Assembly (NCBI GenBank): GCA_951406725.2
Contig: OX597827.1
Span: 49,414,001-49,478,000, forward strand
Reading direction: 5' to 3'
Source of the DNA: Octopus vulgaris
Taxonomy: Eukaryota
Length of the DNA stretch: 64,000 bases
This document shows, piece by piece, positions 51,263 to 64,000 of the stretch. The stretch's first letter is position 1; the number at the start of each line of letters is the position of its first letter. The position numbers and the translations under genes are program-made. A model generated the notes under the pieces. It did not search any database and had not been told where the DNA came from. It worked only from the letters and a program-made list of their open reading frames with translations.

Positions 51263-51990
51263 TTTTCCCATGAAGCTCCCTTCTCTGTTGTGGTTGAGCT
51301 TTTTCCCTTTTATCAAGCCATTGTTTACAATGTTTAACATTTCGATAGAAGATCCATTTTACGTCTATCCGAAGAGGGTGAAATGAGTTTGCGAGAATGG
51401 AAAGAAGAGCAGATGTCAACTCAGGATTTGCGGTTGCTTTCGGACAATTCATCTGGCACCCATTTACTAAGTTTAGGAACCTTTCCAAGTTGTTGAAGAT
51501 GACAATGAACAGTTGTATGGTTTGAACTAAGCTTTATTGCCAATTCTTCAACGGATAATGCAGGATTTTCTTCAAGTAATGCCTCAAGGAGCTTATCATC
51601 AAACTCAACTGGACATCTTGTTTGATCTTCATCTTCAAGGCTGAAATCTCCACTTCTTAATTTTGCAAACCATCTTCTGCAAGTTCTTTCATTGAAGCAT
51701 TCTTTCCCATAAACTGAGTGTATGTTTCGAGTTGCTTCGGCAGCAGAGTTTCCTTTTTTTATAATCATAAAGCATTATGTGCCTCAAATGCTCTTTGGAT
51801 ACTTCCATGTTAGAAAGGGTTTTAATCAAAAAAATTTTAATTCTATTATTCTGTAAAATAATAATTAGTTTAAATGTACACAAATGCATAAAAATAATTT
51901 TTAATTCCATTAGACATTCTCTAAAATACTATTAAATTTCATTCAATTTTAAAAAAGGTAAAATCGGACAGAACTTATAGGATGACCTCA
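51263..51990 (-). mobile_element. Decayed mariner (DD34D) 5' half
   Basis: MEVSKEHLRHIMLYDY, frameshift, then ATRNI..VYG..RRWF..RSGDFSLED, KWVPDEL and KWIFYRN; TIR-like end adjoining TA at 51991. Confidence 0.88.
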
Positions 51991-52049
51991 TATATATTTA
52001 TCTCTTTTATGCAAGTATATATATACATACTTATATATATATATATATA

Positions 52050-52322
52050 CGAGGGGGTACCCAAAAGTTGCTGGAAGCATTCTCTGTCAAACAAGCCCGT
52101 TGTAGTTCAGGTTTCCGCTGCTAGAAGCCACTTGATGCAACCCTCAGGCATCAGTCTACCAACCAGCGGCATCCACTGAAGTCATACTGCCTAATGGTGC
52201 GTCTTTGCTTTTCAGTGCTTCTCCCTTGTTCATCAATTTTTGTGATGACTGAAACGAAAGGACAGTGTGCTTCTGTGAAATTCTGTTTTCTGGTGAGGGG
52301 AAACAGTGGCTAAAACAGTTCT
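52050..52322 (+). mobile_element. Short mariner 5' fragment
   Basis: TA|CGAGGGGGTACCCAAAAGTT end and MTETKGQCASVKFCFL, resembling mariner N-termini. Confidence 0.5.
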
Positions 52323-52482
52323 CAAACACATACACATATTCTGCTTACCAAATCCACTAACAAGGCTTTGGTTGGCTTGAGGCTATAATGGAAGATACTC
52401 ACTCAGGGTTGCACATAGTGGGACTGAACCTGGAACCAAGTAGTTGAGAAGCTAATTTCTTACCACACAACCATGCCTGCAC

Positions 52483-52576
<94 letters not shown>

Positions 52577-53470
52577 TGCAGAGGAGTGGTTCTCACTTAA
52601 CCCACACCAGTCAAATCTGTCAAATTAGTTAATATTGTTAGAGGCTGAAAAAAGACCATGCAGATGAAGTATCAGACTGGATTATTGTGTCCTGAGTTCA
52701 GATATGCTATTCATCTTTTTTCATGTTTCATGGCAGGACACATTATTCCACAGGCCTTCAGGTCATGTCCCAGCTGTCAGGACTAGGTATTATGACTGAT
52801 GATAAAATCAGCGAACTGGCAGGATTGTAACTGCACCAGACAAAATGATTAGCAGCATTTTCTCCATCTTGACATTCTGAGTTCAAAATTCTGCCAAGAT
52901 TGACTTTGCCTTTCATTCTATCCAATTTGATGAAACATGTACCAGTTGAGCACTGGAGTTAATGCAACTGACTGGCTCCCTCCCCAAAAATTTCAGGGCC
53001 ATGTACCTATAGTAGACAGGGTTATTACTAAAGATAGACTTGTATCCTACCCATGAGAAATGTTTAACTCCCATCTACTTCCCTCGATGAAAGTCTTGAG
53101 TTAAGCACTTGCTCCAAAATACTCTTTGGAACCTAATGCCTAGCTGCCCAATAGTTTCAGCTGATTCAGTGAATGAACAAATGAATGAGCAAGCATGCAT
53201 GTGAACAATGAATAGTTGAATGAACAAAAGAGGCAGAGGGACAGATGGTTCCCCCATGACAGAGATGCTCAGACACCAACAATTCTATACAATTCTATCA
53301 ATGAGACATGTCCACCTGTTCAGACATCAAACTGGTGTCAACCTCAGAGAAGGAATACCTTATCAACCAGTATTTGGTGTTTATATCCTGGTAATTAGTT
53401 CCTGTGCAATGAAACAGTCAATCATTTCGAATGATAAGAGTTATAGAGAATGAGGAAATCCAATACCTAC

Positions 53471-53575
53471 CTTTGACAGTGGGTTGATAAGACCCACCTG
53501 TAGACTGGAACCAAAAATCTTATTGAAGTTTGTATCTCTGTTGATTAGTTCCATCTGGAAGAAATGTTTCTCTTC
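53471..53575 (-). CDS. FAM184A: FAM184A-like internal exon (EEKHFFQMELINRDTNFNKIFGSSLQVGLINPLSK)
   Basis: tttag| acceptor and AAG|gtagg donor; 105 bp, phase 0 to 0. Close to the recalled vertebrate FAM184A segment FYQLELVNRETNFNKVF...VGVINPL. Confidence 0.92.
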
Positions 53576-54909
53576 CTAAAAATTACAACAAAAGAAAATA
53601 CCAAAGTATATCTTTGAAAATTCAAGCTTTCCCCATCCCTACTATCACATCCACCATTTTTTACAATTGCTAATACCACCAACATCATCATATGGTTTCA
53701 CTATCATGCCATTGTTTGGTACTTTGGGTAAGTATTTTTTACTTTAGCCCTAGGTCAACTTAATACTTTGCAAGTAAATTTGATAGACAGAAACTGTACA
53801 AAACCATTGTGTGTGTGTGTGTATGAATGCTTACAATCCAAGCTCTACATGAAAGTCACTGAGCTACAGATGATGTTTGTTGATAATTCCCTATCAACAA
53901 ACCACTGACGAACTGCGTGCTTTTGAAGGTAAGTGAAAAATTCCTTTGGAAAGCAGGTAACGGTTAATAACAGGAAGGTCATCCAACCGTAAATCAATGT
54001 TTCAATGCTTCAATAATATGTTTTGTCAAACTTTTGCAAGCATGGAAAATGACAAACAATTGATGGTCTTCTGCAGAGTTTCCTTCAATTAGATTCTAAA
54101 GACAGGGTACTGACCTTTGTGAGGTTACTGTAGAAGACACTTCATGAAAGCGTCACACACTGGCACCAAACCTGGACCCATGTGGTGACAAAGTAAACTT
54201 CTCTACAACACACGCCTGCCTGCACTCTGTAATTTATTCTAACAGTAAATATAAATATTTGCAAGGCAACCCTGTTAGTGCTGGTGCCGCCATAAAAAGC
54301 ACCCATGAAAATGGATGGCATTAAAAAGGAAGCCCAGCAGTAGAAACCATGGCAAAACAAACAGAACCTGGTGATGCTCCCTGACATGCCAGCTCCTATT
54401 ACACTGTCCAATCCATGCCAATGCTAAATGATGATGAGGAGAAGGAGGAGGAAGAAGAGGAAGGGGAGGAGGTGGAAGAAGGGGAGGGGAGGTGGAGGAG
54501 GAAGATGAAGGGGAGGGTGGGAGAGGGGAAGAGGAGGGGCGAGGGCGACAACGATGACAAGGAGCCCTATATTATAATGGATAAAAAAATAGGCATGTAT
54601 TTATTCTAACAATTGCTGAAAATATTTTCAAAACAATTTAACCCCTTGTTACAAGTAGGGAAATATATTTGTGTCACAATTTGTGAACTACCCATCAATG
54701 TTATTATGATAAAAAAAAAAAAAATCTTTCGATAGCACAGTTTCTACAAACATTTGTTTAAATTATTTCAAACCATGACAGCAATGAAAATAACTTGATA
54801 ATGAATGCAACAATTAAGACTAGGATGGGAAATAACTATGACGAAAAAAAAATTTTTTTTTAATTGGAAAGAAAATTAGAAATAAAATGTTTAAAAATTA
54901 GAATAGTAC

Positions 54910-55027
54910 CTGTATCTTTTTCAATTGCAGCTCTTTGTCATGAATCTCATCACGCAAATGATGTATTTCTTCAAGATCTTCTGGACGGGACTCTCGGTTT
55001 GAGTATTTCTCTTCAGCTTTCACCAAT
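54910..55027 (-). CDS. FAM184A: FAM184A-like internal exon (LVKAEEKYSNRESRPEDLEEIHHLRDEIHDKELQLKKIQ)
   Basis: attag| acceptor and CAG|gtacta donor; 118 bp, phase 2 to 0. EEKY..RES.PED matches my recollection of the FAM184A C-terminal region. Confidence 0.9.
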
Positions 55028-55349
55028 CTAATTTATATATAAAATATAAATCAAATTCAGATATATGAGAACCTTCCATATCGGCTTCTCTCTATTTTCA
55101 CTCAGCTCAAATGCACCACATGGAAACTACTTTCCTCATCGTATTATGTGGTAATGACAAATTAGACAGACAAACCACATCCCTGCCCAGGTTAGAGACA
55201 AATGTTTGTGAATTTCTAAGTGCAAATATTTCCAAGGGAATGGAAAGGAAATGTACAACAACCTGGGATCAAGCACTGGATTATCAATCTTACCCAGGGA
55301 CAAACTACAGTCAGGTCATTTCTTGTGTATATTTCCTTTTAAATCTATA

Positions 55350-55583
55350 TATTTCTTTACTGCCCACAAGGGGCTAAACACAGAGGAGACAAACAAGGAC
55401 AGACAGAGGGATTAAGTCGATTACATCAACCCCAGTGTGTAACCGGTACTTAATTTATCGACCCCGAAAGGATGAAAGGCAAAGTCGACCTCGGCAGAAT
55501 TTGAACTCAGAACATAACGGCAGATGAAATACGGCTACGCATTTCGCCTGGCATGCTAACGTTTCTGCCAGCTCGCTGCCTTT
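55350..55583 (-). mobile_element. SINE family B, full length (intronic)
   Basis: Reverse complement of 42442-42661. Confidence 0.85.
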
Positions 55584-57019
55584 AAATTTATAGTGAAGTA
55601 AATTTTAAATTTAGAGTGAAGTAAGATGGTACCTTTAAATTTATAGTGAAGTAAGATGGTTGAACATTCAAAATCTAATATCTCTTGTCCAACAATAATA
55701 ACTGAGGCAAAGGCCTGAAATAAGTACCAGTGCTTAACTGGTACTTATTTTATGGATTTAAATTCAAAATATAGCATGAACAGTTTTTGCTCTCATCATT
55801 GAGAAGCTAGCATCATCAGCATCAACGATCAGAGATCGATAAAAAGCGAACCAGAGAAATGTCAGAGGTTTATATAATTGAACCCAGATGTATACAAGTG
55901 TATGGATGGATGGATGGATGGATGGATGGATTGGTGGGTGGATGGAGGGATGGATGGGTGGATGGAGGGATGGATGGATGGGTGGATGATGTATGTGTGT
56001 GTGTGTGTGAGTGTGTGAAGGCGCATGTGTATATGTTTAATAAATGCTGTAAGTAGTGTTCGTGAGTGAATAGTAAGAGAAAATAGACAGAAAGGGATCT
56101 AATTCAACATACTTCATTAAAAAAGAAAAAACAGAAATAAAGTCCTGGATAATAGACAATAATAAAATGGATCTTTTTAAGAAGATGGTTAAAAGTGTCA
56201 GATGAAACTAATTTGTGGAAATAGAAAAAAACGAAAAGTCGATTTTCAAGGGAAATAATTCTCATTACTTTTATGACACTGTGTCATAATTGTCTCCCTT
56301 ACACTATGAGGCCACATGCATACACAGACACTCTTTCTCTCTCTCTCTCTCTCTCTATCTTACTTCTTCGATTTCACCAGTCGCACATTACAGTTATACA
56401 AACATTCCATGGCTAAGTATTCCATAGACGCTTCTATTAGTAATGTAAGCCTCTCAAGCACTGATAAACATGACGTGACACTGTACGACACAGCAAACCA
56501 TTTTGGGGTCAGTCAATCCGACAGGCCTCTACAGTTTCTGTCCGTCCAGACAAGAAATTTAGAAATAAATAACCGGAGGGCCGTAACCTACGACATATTA
56601 CGTTCCAAAGGCTTGAAAATTAATGAAACTCTTCATTTATCGCTTCATTATTTTCAATATAAATCAACAATAAATAAATATATTTTAATCTACAAATACT
56701 GTTCACGAGAATTTACGACTGATTATCTCGAACCATTACCTTGTTTCAGTCTTTGGATTGCGGCCATGCTGGAACATCGCTTTGATGGGTTTAGTCGAAC
56801 AAATCGACCCCAGGATTTATTCTTTTTATGTCTGGTGCTTTTATCGAGCTACTATATCACGAAGGTGGAGGCGCAATGGCCCAGTTGTTAGGGCAGCGGA
56901 CTCGCGGTCGGAGGATCGCGGTTTCGATTCCCAGACCGGGCATTGTGAGTGTTTATTGAGCGAAAACACCTAAAGCTCCACGAGGCTCCGGTCGTTAAGC
57001 ATATAATGTGTGTGTTTGT

Positions 57020-57059
57020 TTGTATACACACATGCATACATACATATATATATATATAT

Positions 57060-57105
<46 letters not shown>

Positions 57106-57139
57106 CATGTATATATACATATATATATATACCAGGCTC

Positions 57140-57172
<33 letters not shown>

Positions 57173-57452
57173 ATATACATATATATATACATGCATATAT
57201 ACATATATATATATACATATATATATATATACATGTATATATACATATATATATACATGCATATATACATATATATATACATGCATATATACATATATAT
57301 ATACATGCATATATACATATATATATATATATACATGCATATATACATATATATATAGATACATGCATATATACATATATATATATAGATACATGCATAT
57401 ATACATATATATATAGATACATGCATATATACATATATATATAGATACATGC

Positions 57453-57493
<41 letters not shown>

Positions 57494-57520
57494 TATTTAT
57501 ATATATATATATATATATAT
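57020..57520. repeat. ATACATGCATATATACAT(AT)n minisatellite
   Basis: Directly visible. Confidence 0.9.
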
Positions 57521-57943
57521 TTTAGCCTGCTCGCTTAGCCTGCGGGATGGCGTCATTTGAAGGCTAAAACAGTGCAAAGCGCATTGTGACCAGCGATGTG
57601 TAGCCACATCTGATAGCCTGGTCGGTCACGGTGATGTATATATGTATATATATACAGATGTGTGTGAGTATATATATACACACACACACAGACACACAGT
57701 TTATATTGATATCAGCCTATATTTAGATAACCAGGAATGAGGATAAGCAGTGCTGGGTTTTTTTCCCCTGTAAAACTGAAAGACAATATAACACAGGGAC
57801 TCCTATTTCACTTACACCTGAGGCTGTAGCAGAAGACACTCGCTCAAAATGAAGTCCCTTCCAAGAACCATGTGATTAGAAGGCAAAACTTTTAAGCATT
57901 TCCATATCTCCATTACATAGTGCAGCCCAACTTTATCACTTAC

Positions 57944-58090
57944 TCGCTGTTCAGAGATGTTATTTTGCTAGTCATCAATTCTTGGGTCCGACTGAATTCT
58001 TTTACCATTTTCTGCATTTCATGGACATAATCTTCCTCAACATTTTCTAACTCTTGTTTCTTAATTGTTTCGAAGTGTTCTTTTAATTCT
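57944..58090 (-). CDS. FAM184A: FAM184A-like internal exon (ELKEHFETIKKQELENVEEDYVHEMQKMVKEFSRTQELMTSKITSLNS)
   Basis: ttttctacag| acceptor and GA|gtaagt donor; 147 bp, phase 2 to 2, open in the required frame. Confidence 0.9.
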
Positions 58091-58283
58091 CTGTAGAAAA
58101 AAAATGTTTAAAAGGTAAAAAATAACATTTAAACAATACACCACCAGCATTGCCACATCATCATCATCATCATCATTATATTCATTGGGTTTTTAAATGC
58201 AGGCAGATGGATAACCAATGTGCATATTGTATATGTATGTATGAGCATGCATGTATACATGCATACATGCATACATACATACA

Positions 58284-58317
<34 letters not shown>

Positions 58318-58730
58318 CATACATACATACATACATACATACATAATGGTTTCCCCCTCGTCATCAAGTATGGCCATTGCACAAGACTTAACTGTTATCA
58401 GTGCTGTGATCGAATGACTCTTTAGCCCAGCTAAAGATCTACAATGTCTTATACAGAATTGGCAGCTAAAACCTTTACCGGCAATACACACACACACACA
58501 CACACATACACACACACACACATTCATTCATTCATTCATTCAGTCATGCATGCACAACCAACTCAATATCAACAACAGGGCTTCATTGACAAAAGTAAAC
58601 CAGTTCCTTCAAATTAGCCAGCTTCAGTGCCCAATGACCAAAATTACTAAGTGTCCGGTTACACTTGAGACACAACGAGAAAATAATTTCCTGAAAGCAA
58701 GACTCCACAAAGGAACATTACATTGATTAA

Positions 58731-58950
58731 CCCTTTAGCATTCAGATTACTCGGTCAAATGTAATGGTTACTTATTCACATTGCTTTGAAATAATCATAC
58801 ACTGTCCTATAGATTTGAGATTTCAATGACACAATTGCTTATCTTTAGAAAGTCATTGGATGGTAGGTATCAGATGCCAGATCTGGCCAGTTTGAACATG
58901 AAGCAGGTGGAGTATTTGAGTTTGATATGGCCAGTTTAAATGCTAATGGC
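58731..58950. mobile_element. piggyBac-like MITE
   Basis: TTAA on both sides; ends CCCTTTAGCATT / AATGCTAATGGC. Confidence 0.65.
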
Positions 58951-59029
58951 TTAAGTAGCTATTTATTATCATCAAAGATGTGATTTCTGACACCAATTCC
59001 ACAAGGGATTCTCTTTCTCTTTTTTTCTC

Positions 59030-59404
59030 TTTTTACTTGTTTCAGTCATTTTGACTGCAGCCATGCTGGAGCACCACCTTTAATCGAGCAACTCGACCCC
59101 AGGTCTTATTCTTTGTAAGCCCAGTACTTATTCTATCGGTCTCTTTTGCTGAACCGCTAAGTGACGGGGACATAAACATACCAGCATCGGTTGTCAAGCA
59201 ATGCTAGGGGGACAAACACAGACACACAAACATACACGCACATATATATAAATACATATATACGACAGGCTTCTTTCAGTTTCCGTCTACCAAATCCACT
59301 CACAAGGCTTTGGTCGGCCCGAGGCTATAGTAGAAGACACTTGCCACACAGTGGGACTGAACCCAGAACCATGTGGTTGGTAAACAAGCTACTTACCACA
59401 CAGC
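59030..59404 (-). mobile_element. SINE family A (intronic)
   Basis: Matches 41745-42128 with a small deletion. Confidence 0.85.
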
Positions 59405-60049
59405 ATTCAATATGAATTATTCAAGTTGAAAAACATTTCTCAGACTTGTTTCCCAGAATCGAGGGTATTGCATTTCTCTGGCTTCAACAATGAATGATGG
59501 ATTTCAACAATGACTTGAGCTATTGATGTATTTTTTCCATTTCCCACAACCAACATATGTGAATTTAAATAGGCCCACATTAAGTCCAAGACTAGAAACC
59601 AGTTTGTCCCAAGCTCAGATATGAAGCTGGCTCTGTCAAAGTCTAAACAACACATCAAAAACCTGGCGGGAACAAAGCAATTACATCCATTTCCCCTATA
59701 GTTCAGTCAACAGCATCAATAAGGACTGAAAAAGGACTGTTATGATAAGGACTGAACTGCACTAGAATTATAAAAAACACAATTTTATTTTGAGATAATT
59801 TGGAACCTGTGACAGCTAAAAATAGAAATAAAACTAGAATATAAGTTTAGATACCATTGATTAATGCATTTGCTTGATCTGCTAGAAATAGAAGTCAAAT
59901 TTCACTTAATTTACACCCTCCTGTCTTAATGGGGTGGGTGGGTAGAATCAGACAGTATAGTCTTCAATGTACACTGCCTAAAATAAAGAGGGATAAATCA
60001 TTCAGCAGTCATTAAACATCAATCAAAAATCAACAGCGTCCAAACATAC

Positions 60050-60234
60050 TTCTTTTCTTGGCTGAAGAATTCCTTCATATGTTCTTGTTTCTCTTTCTCT
60101 TCATTCACGTTGACCATTAGTTCTGTAATGGTCTCCTTCAATTTCTTCTTTTCTTCTTCTATGGCAAAGAATTTCTTCTCTTGGCAGTCAATCTTGTTTT
60201 TCAGTTCTGACATAATCACCTGATGATCCCGATC
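60050..60234 (-). CDS. FAM184A: FAM184A-like internal exon (DRDHQVIMSELKNK...KEFFSQEK)
   Basis: ggtag|GAT acceptor and AA|gtatgt donor; 185 bp, phase 0 to 2; heptad-rich. Confidence 0.85.
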
Positions 60235-60431
60235 CTACCGAATGGAAAGTGACACAGAAGGATTTATAAGACTGAAAATGGTGATTAAAGACTAACACAA
60301 CCTATAAGAAGAAACCTTTTCTCTGAATCAATGGATGGGTCAGCCAAGTAGAACACATTCTCCAAGAACAAGATCCTGAAGCCTAATGAAATAATTTTTT
60401 AAATTTTGAAGCTCATCCTGACCATTTACAG

Positions 60432-60683
60432 CAGTGGTTCTCAACCAAGATCCCTGTGGCCCTTGGGGGTCAATATAAGATTTTATCGTTAAAATTTACA
60501 TAAACTGGTAATACTCCTACAGTACACAAAATGTTTTAAAAATTTTCTATTCAGTTCCTAATAACACTTATTCCTAAAAATTTAGGAGTTTTTAAACATT
60601 GAATAGCAATAAGGATCCTCGCCCACCCCAAGTAAAATAGGAATCAAAGGGGTCCCTAGGTAAAAAATGGTTAAGAATCAATG
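60432..60683. mobile_element. hAT (Charlie/MER5-like) MITE
   Basis: TIRs CAGTGGTTCTCAACCA / TGGTTAAGAATCAATG; 7/8 TSD ATTTACAG / ATTTACAA. Confidence 0.75.
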
Positions 60684-63321
60684 ATTTACAAGGATGAACT
60701 GTATAAATCTGTCCTACATATTTCATGGTACATATTCTGAATCATCAAGAGCTAAATGTAACTGGGTAATGGACACAGGACAGAACCTTTTGTCAGGATA
60801 TGAACTATTTTCTTTTAATTGGTATTCGAATCATCCACTCTCAGAATCAAAACCAACCAACCAAAACACACTGTAGAGTAGAGAAGTAAATTTCTCACAA
60901 TGTCAAATAATGACCATTTAATCCAAGAGAATTTCAAGATGCAAAAAACAACTAATGAAAACATGGCCTTATAAAACAAAACAATCTCCCATGAAATAAC
61001 TGGTACTATATAGTGGGTGAGTGGAGGCACATGGCCTAGCGGTGAAGGTGTTGGGCTCAGGATCATAAGATTGTGTTTTCTATTCCTGGACCAAGTGATG
61101 CATTGACTTTGTGTGCAAAACACTTCATTACATGTTATTCCAGTCCACTTGGCTGGCAAAAGTGAGCATTCCTGTGACAGACTGGCATCCCATCCAGGGG
61201 AAAATATATACACCACAAAAACTGGAAAACCAACCCTATGAGTCTATATGATTCAGGAAGGAGCTTTATCTTTTTATCCTATCCTATATGGTGGGTGGAA
61301 ATTAAAATGAGGCAAATACATATCACTTTTAGAGCCAATGAGGGTACCTCAATGAAGTTTCTAAATAAACTAGAAAAAGCAACCAAATCTCTCTCAAGCT
61401 GTATGATTACTTTCTTCTAGAAAGGGTAAAGTAGTTCAAGATACAATATGTTTTAATTAAAAAACACAAGATAGTCACAGTTGAATAGCTTTCAATCATG
61501 GGTCTGGTGGTTTCAGATCTGACCAAGGGTTAAACAACACTTAGCACTTATCTTACCAACTCCCAATTTAATGAAAACACAAAATAAAGTTGCTACCAGT
61601 GGGATTTCAATAAAGAACATGGAGAGGCATCATAATAACTGTTTCTGGTTTAGGCAAAAGGCCAACAATTTTGAAGGGAGGGGTTTGCGTTGACCTCAGT
61701 ACCTTAGTTCTTGAAGATAGGGTTTAGCTGATTACATTGAATTCAGTACCTCAGTAGTTAAAAGGAAGAGTATAACCAATTATACCAACCTCAGTACTTG
61801 TGAGGAGGATTTACACTCCAGCCTTCATCAGGTGTCCTAGTAGAATTTTGAACCCATCCCTGGATTCTCATTCCTAAGGTAGGTAGGTAGGTAGGTAGGT
61901 AGGTAGGTAGGTAGGTAGGTAGGTAGGTAGGTAGGTAGGTATGTATGTATGTATGTATGTATGTATGTATGTATGCATGCATACTTGCATGCATGTTTGT
62001 ATGAATGCATGCATGCATGCATGTATGTATGTATAAGATCTTAAGTTGATAAAATAAGATGTTACTAAGAACCATACCCCAAGATAAGATTTTACACACA
62101 AAGTGATAATTTGAACCTGGTCTGAATGAAATTATCAATTCAGAATTGAGATTAAATTCTGTTACATTTTATCTAGCAGCTCACTTTTAACATTTCCCAC
62201 TGCTTTCAACCCCCAACTAAACATGAACTAGCGAGAAATCCTGTATGTGGTGCCTCACCTCCTGGAAATAGCAGCCAAAGGATCCTCAAGTTACACCTTT
62301 ACTATATTAGAAAAACTGAATAGTCAGTCAAGGTTATCAGTTGAGAGGGTTAAGAAAGCAACAACAAGCAGAGAAAGAAGAAAAACAAAACTGAAAAGAA
62401 AAACAGTTCAGGCTATATTAAATCTGGAGAAAGATAGAGTGATCACAGCTAGAATTCTTTTGATCACAATGACAATAATGACAACAGCAACAACAGGAGG
62501 CGCAATGGTCCAGTGGTTAGGGCAGCGGATTCGCAGTTGGAGGATCGCGGTTTCGATTCCCAGACCGGGTGTTGTGTGTGTTTATTGAGCGAAAACACCT
62601 GAAGCTCCACAAGACTCCGGCAGGGGGTGGTGGCGACCCCTGTTGTACTCTTTCGCTCCAACTTTCTCTCACTCTTTCTTCCTGTTTCTTGTCCCCAACT
62701 TCCTACGCAACCGCTGAGCCTGGATGTGCATTCATCCATCCGTCGATGCTCTCAGTATCGGGGGGGTTGACCTGCTTTCTCTTCTGCGGGTCTTATGAAT
62801 AGCAAAGGACCACGTTTCGGACTTCTCCCACAACTGGGACGAAGACCACTTCGCTCAACAAACAAACAAACAAACAAACAAACAGCAACAACAAAACAAC
62901 CAGCCCAAATGAGAGGTAAAAATGACTTGTGATATCCGAGTTCAAATTCTGCCATACTGTCTTTGCCATTCATAAAGAGTTTCACAAAGTAAGTACAAGT
63001 AAAGTACAAGTAATGGGTGAAGATAGGAGGTAACATTACCACTACTGGACATATCCTTCTTAATACCTGAAGACTTTTAGCCATAGCCCCACTGACTTGC
63101 CTTAGAATGAGCACTCTATCGATCTTAATACTTGCTTTTGCCAGCTGAGTGAACTGAAGCAATGTGAAGTAAAGTACCTTGCCCAAGAACACAACAGTAT
63201 GTGTCCCGGACCGAGAGTCAAACCTATGACTTTATGATACAAAGGAAGAGCTCAGTTGCTTGACCACTAGGTGACCTGCCTTCCCACATGTAACCAACCC
63301 AATAAACCTGCTTCTGCTAAC

Positions 63322-63449
63322 CTTCTGTTTGCCGGTCTGCAGTATTTTTTGCAATTCTTCTTTCAGCCGTGATATTTCTTTCAAGTGGCACTCCAGTTGC
63401 AGTGAGATTTCATTCCGGTGCTTCTGGTACAGGTCTTCTTGTAAACACT
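63322..63449 (-). CDS. FAM184A: FAM184A-like internal exon (xCLQEDLYQKHRNEISLQLECHLKEISRLKEELQKILQTGKQK)
   Basis: Acceptor gacag|AG and donor AAG|gttag; 128 bp, phase 1 in and phase 0 out, matching the next exon. Coiled-coil composition. Upstream exons lie beyond the window. Confidence 0.8.
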
Positions 63450-64000
63450 CTGTCGAATACATACAAATAAAGAGAACGGTGTCAGGTGACTGCGAAATGA
63501 CCAATTTTACACAACAATAACAACAACAACAACAGGCATCAACTTGCCGGAGCATCAATTCCCCCACCATCACTAACACCTGTAACAGAGCTTCTACGTG
63601 GTCTCTCAACCTGCAAGAAATAACAGCCAAATCTACTTCTAATTACACAGGATTGTCTTTATTTGAAGGACACTTTGATCGATGTAGTCCTTAATATGTT
63701 TTAAAATGGGATGATCACAGCCAGGGCAGTTTTGATCAGAAGTTTGCTCCATCAGAGCTGACCTTGGGTTAAAGAATAACAACTTGTTGGTCATCAGACA
63801 CCAATAATTTTAGAAAGGCTCTGATCTATTTTAGCCACCATTATAGTTAAAGGGGACAAGAATGAGGTGGGGTCTGTTTCAAGCAAAATCCTTTAGTTGT
63901 AGGGAGCAGAAAACACAAGCTTTAGCAACATTATTCATCTTAACAAAGAATAGAGGACTTCTTTTTCATTTCTTTCCTATCAAACTTTGTTGTTGTTGTT

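Noticed and set aside
56316-56891. 191-aa plus-strand ORF
   Set aside because: Begins in a (CT)n run, ends in SINE sequence, antisense within an intron.

Overview
AT-rich, microsatellite-dense animal genomic DNA, most likely Octopus/coleoid cephalopod (inferred from its three abundant tRNA-type SINE families). The only host gene I can support is the 3' end of a FAM184A-like coiled-coil gene on the minus strand: six phase-compatible GT-AG exons from 63449 down to a stop at 49929. The rest is nested mobile DNA: a young 5'-truncated CR1-group LINE with an intact 629-aa RT ORF inside a minisatellite, Penelope-like remnants, a Helitron, Tc1/mariner/DD37D fossils, Merlin-, hAT- and piggyBac-type MITEs, an RTE fragment and many SINEs. 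The most interesting signal is an apparent Tx1-like retrotransposon 'ecosystem'. It includes a complete 1.48-kb ORF1-only (gag-knuckle, RT-less) retroelement with a 15-bp TSD and two related copies fused head-to-tail inside one TSD. These elements share a covarying RNA hairpin at the start of the 3' UTR, and their 3' tail is shared with a SINE and architecturally with a Tx1-like LINE end. That SINE also forms precise tail-to-internal multimers. Several hammerhead-ribozyme-like motifs and foldback elements sit in or beside TA repeats. Most ORFs in the supplied track are microsatellite artefacts.
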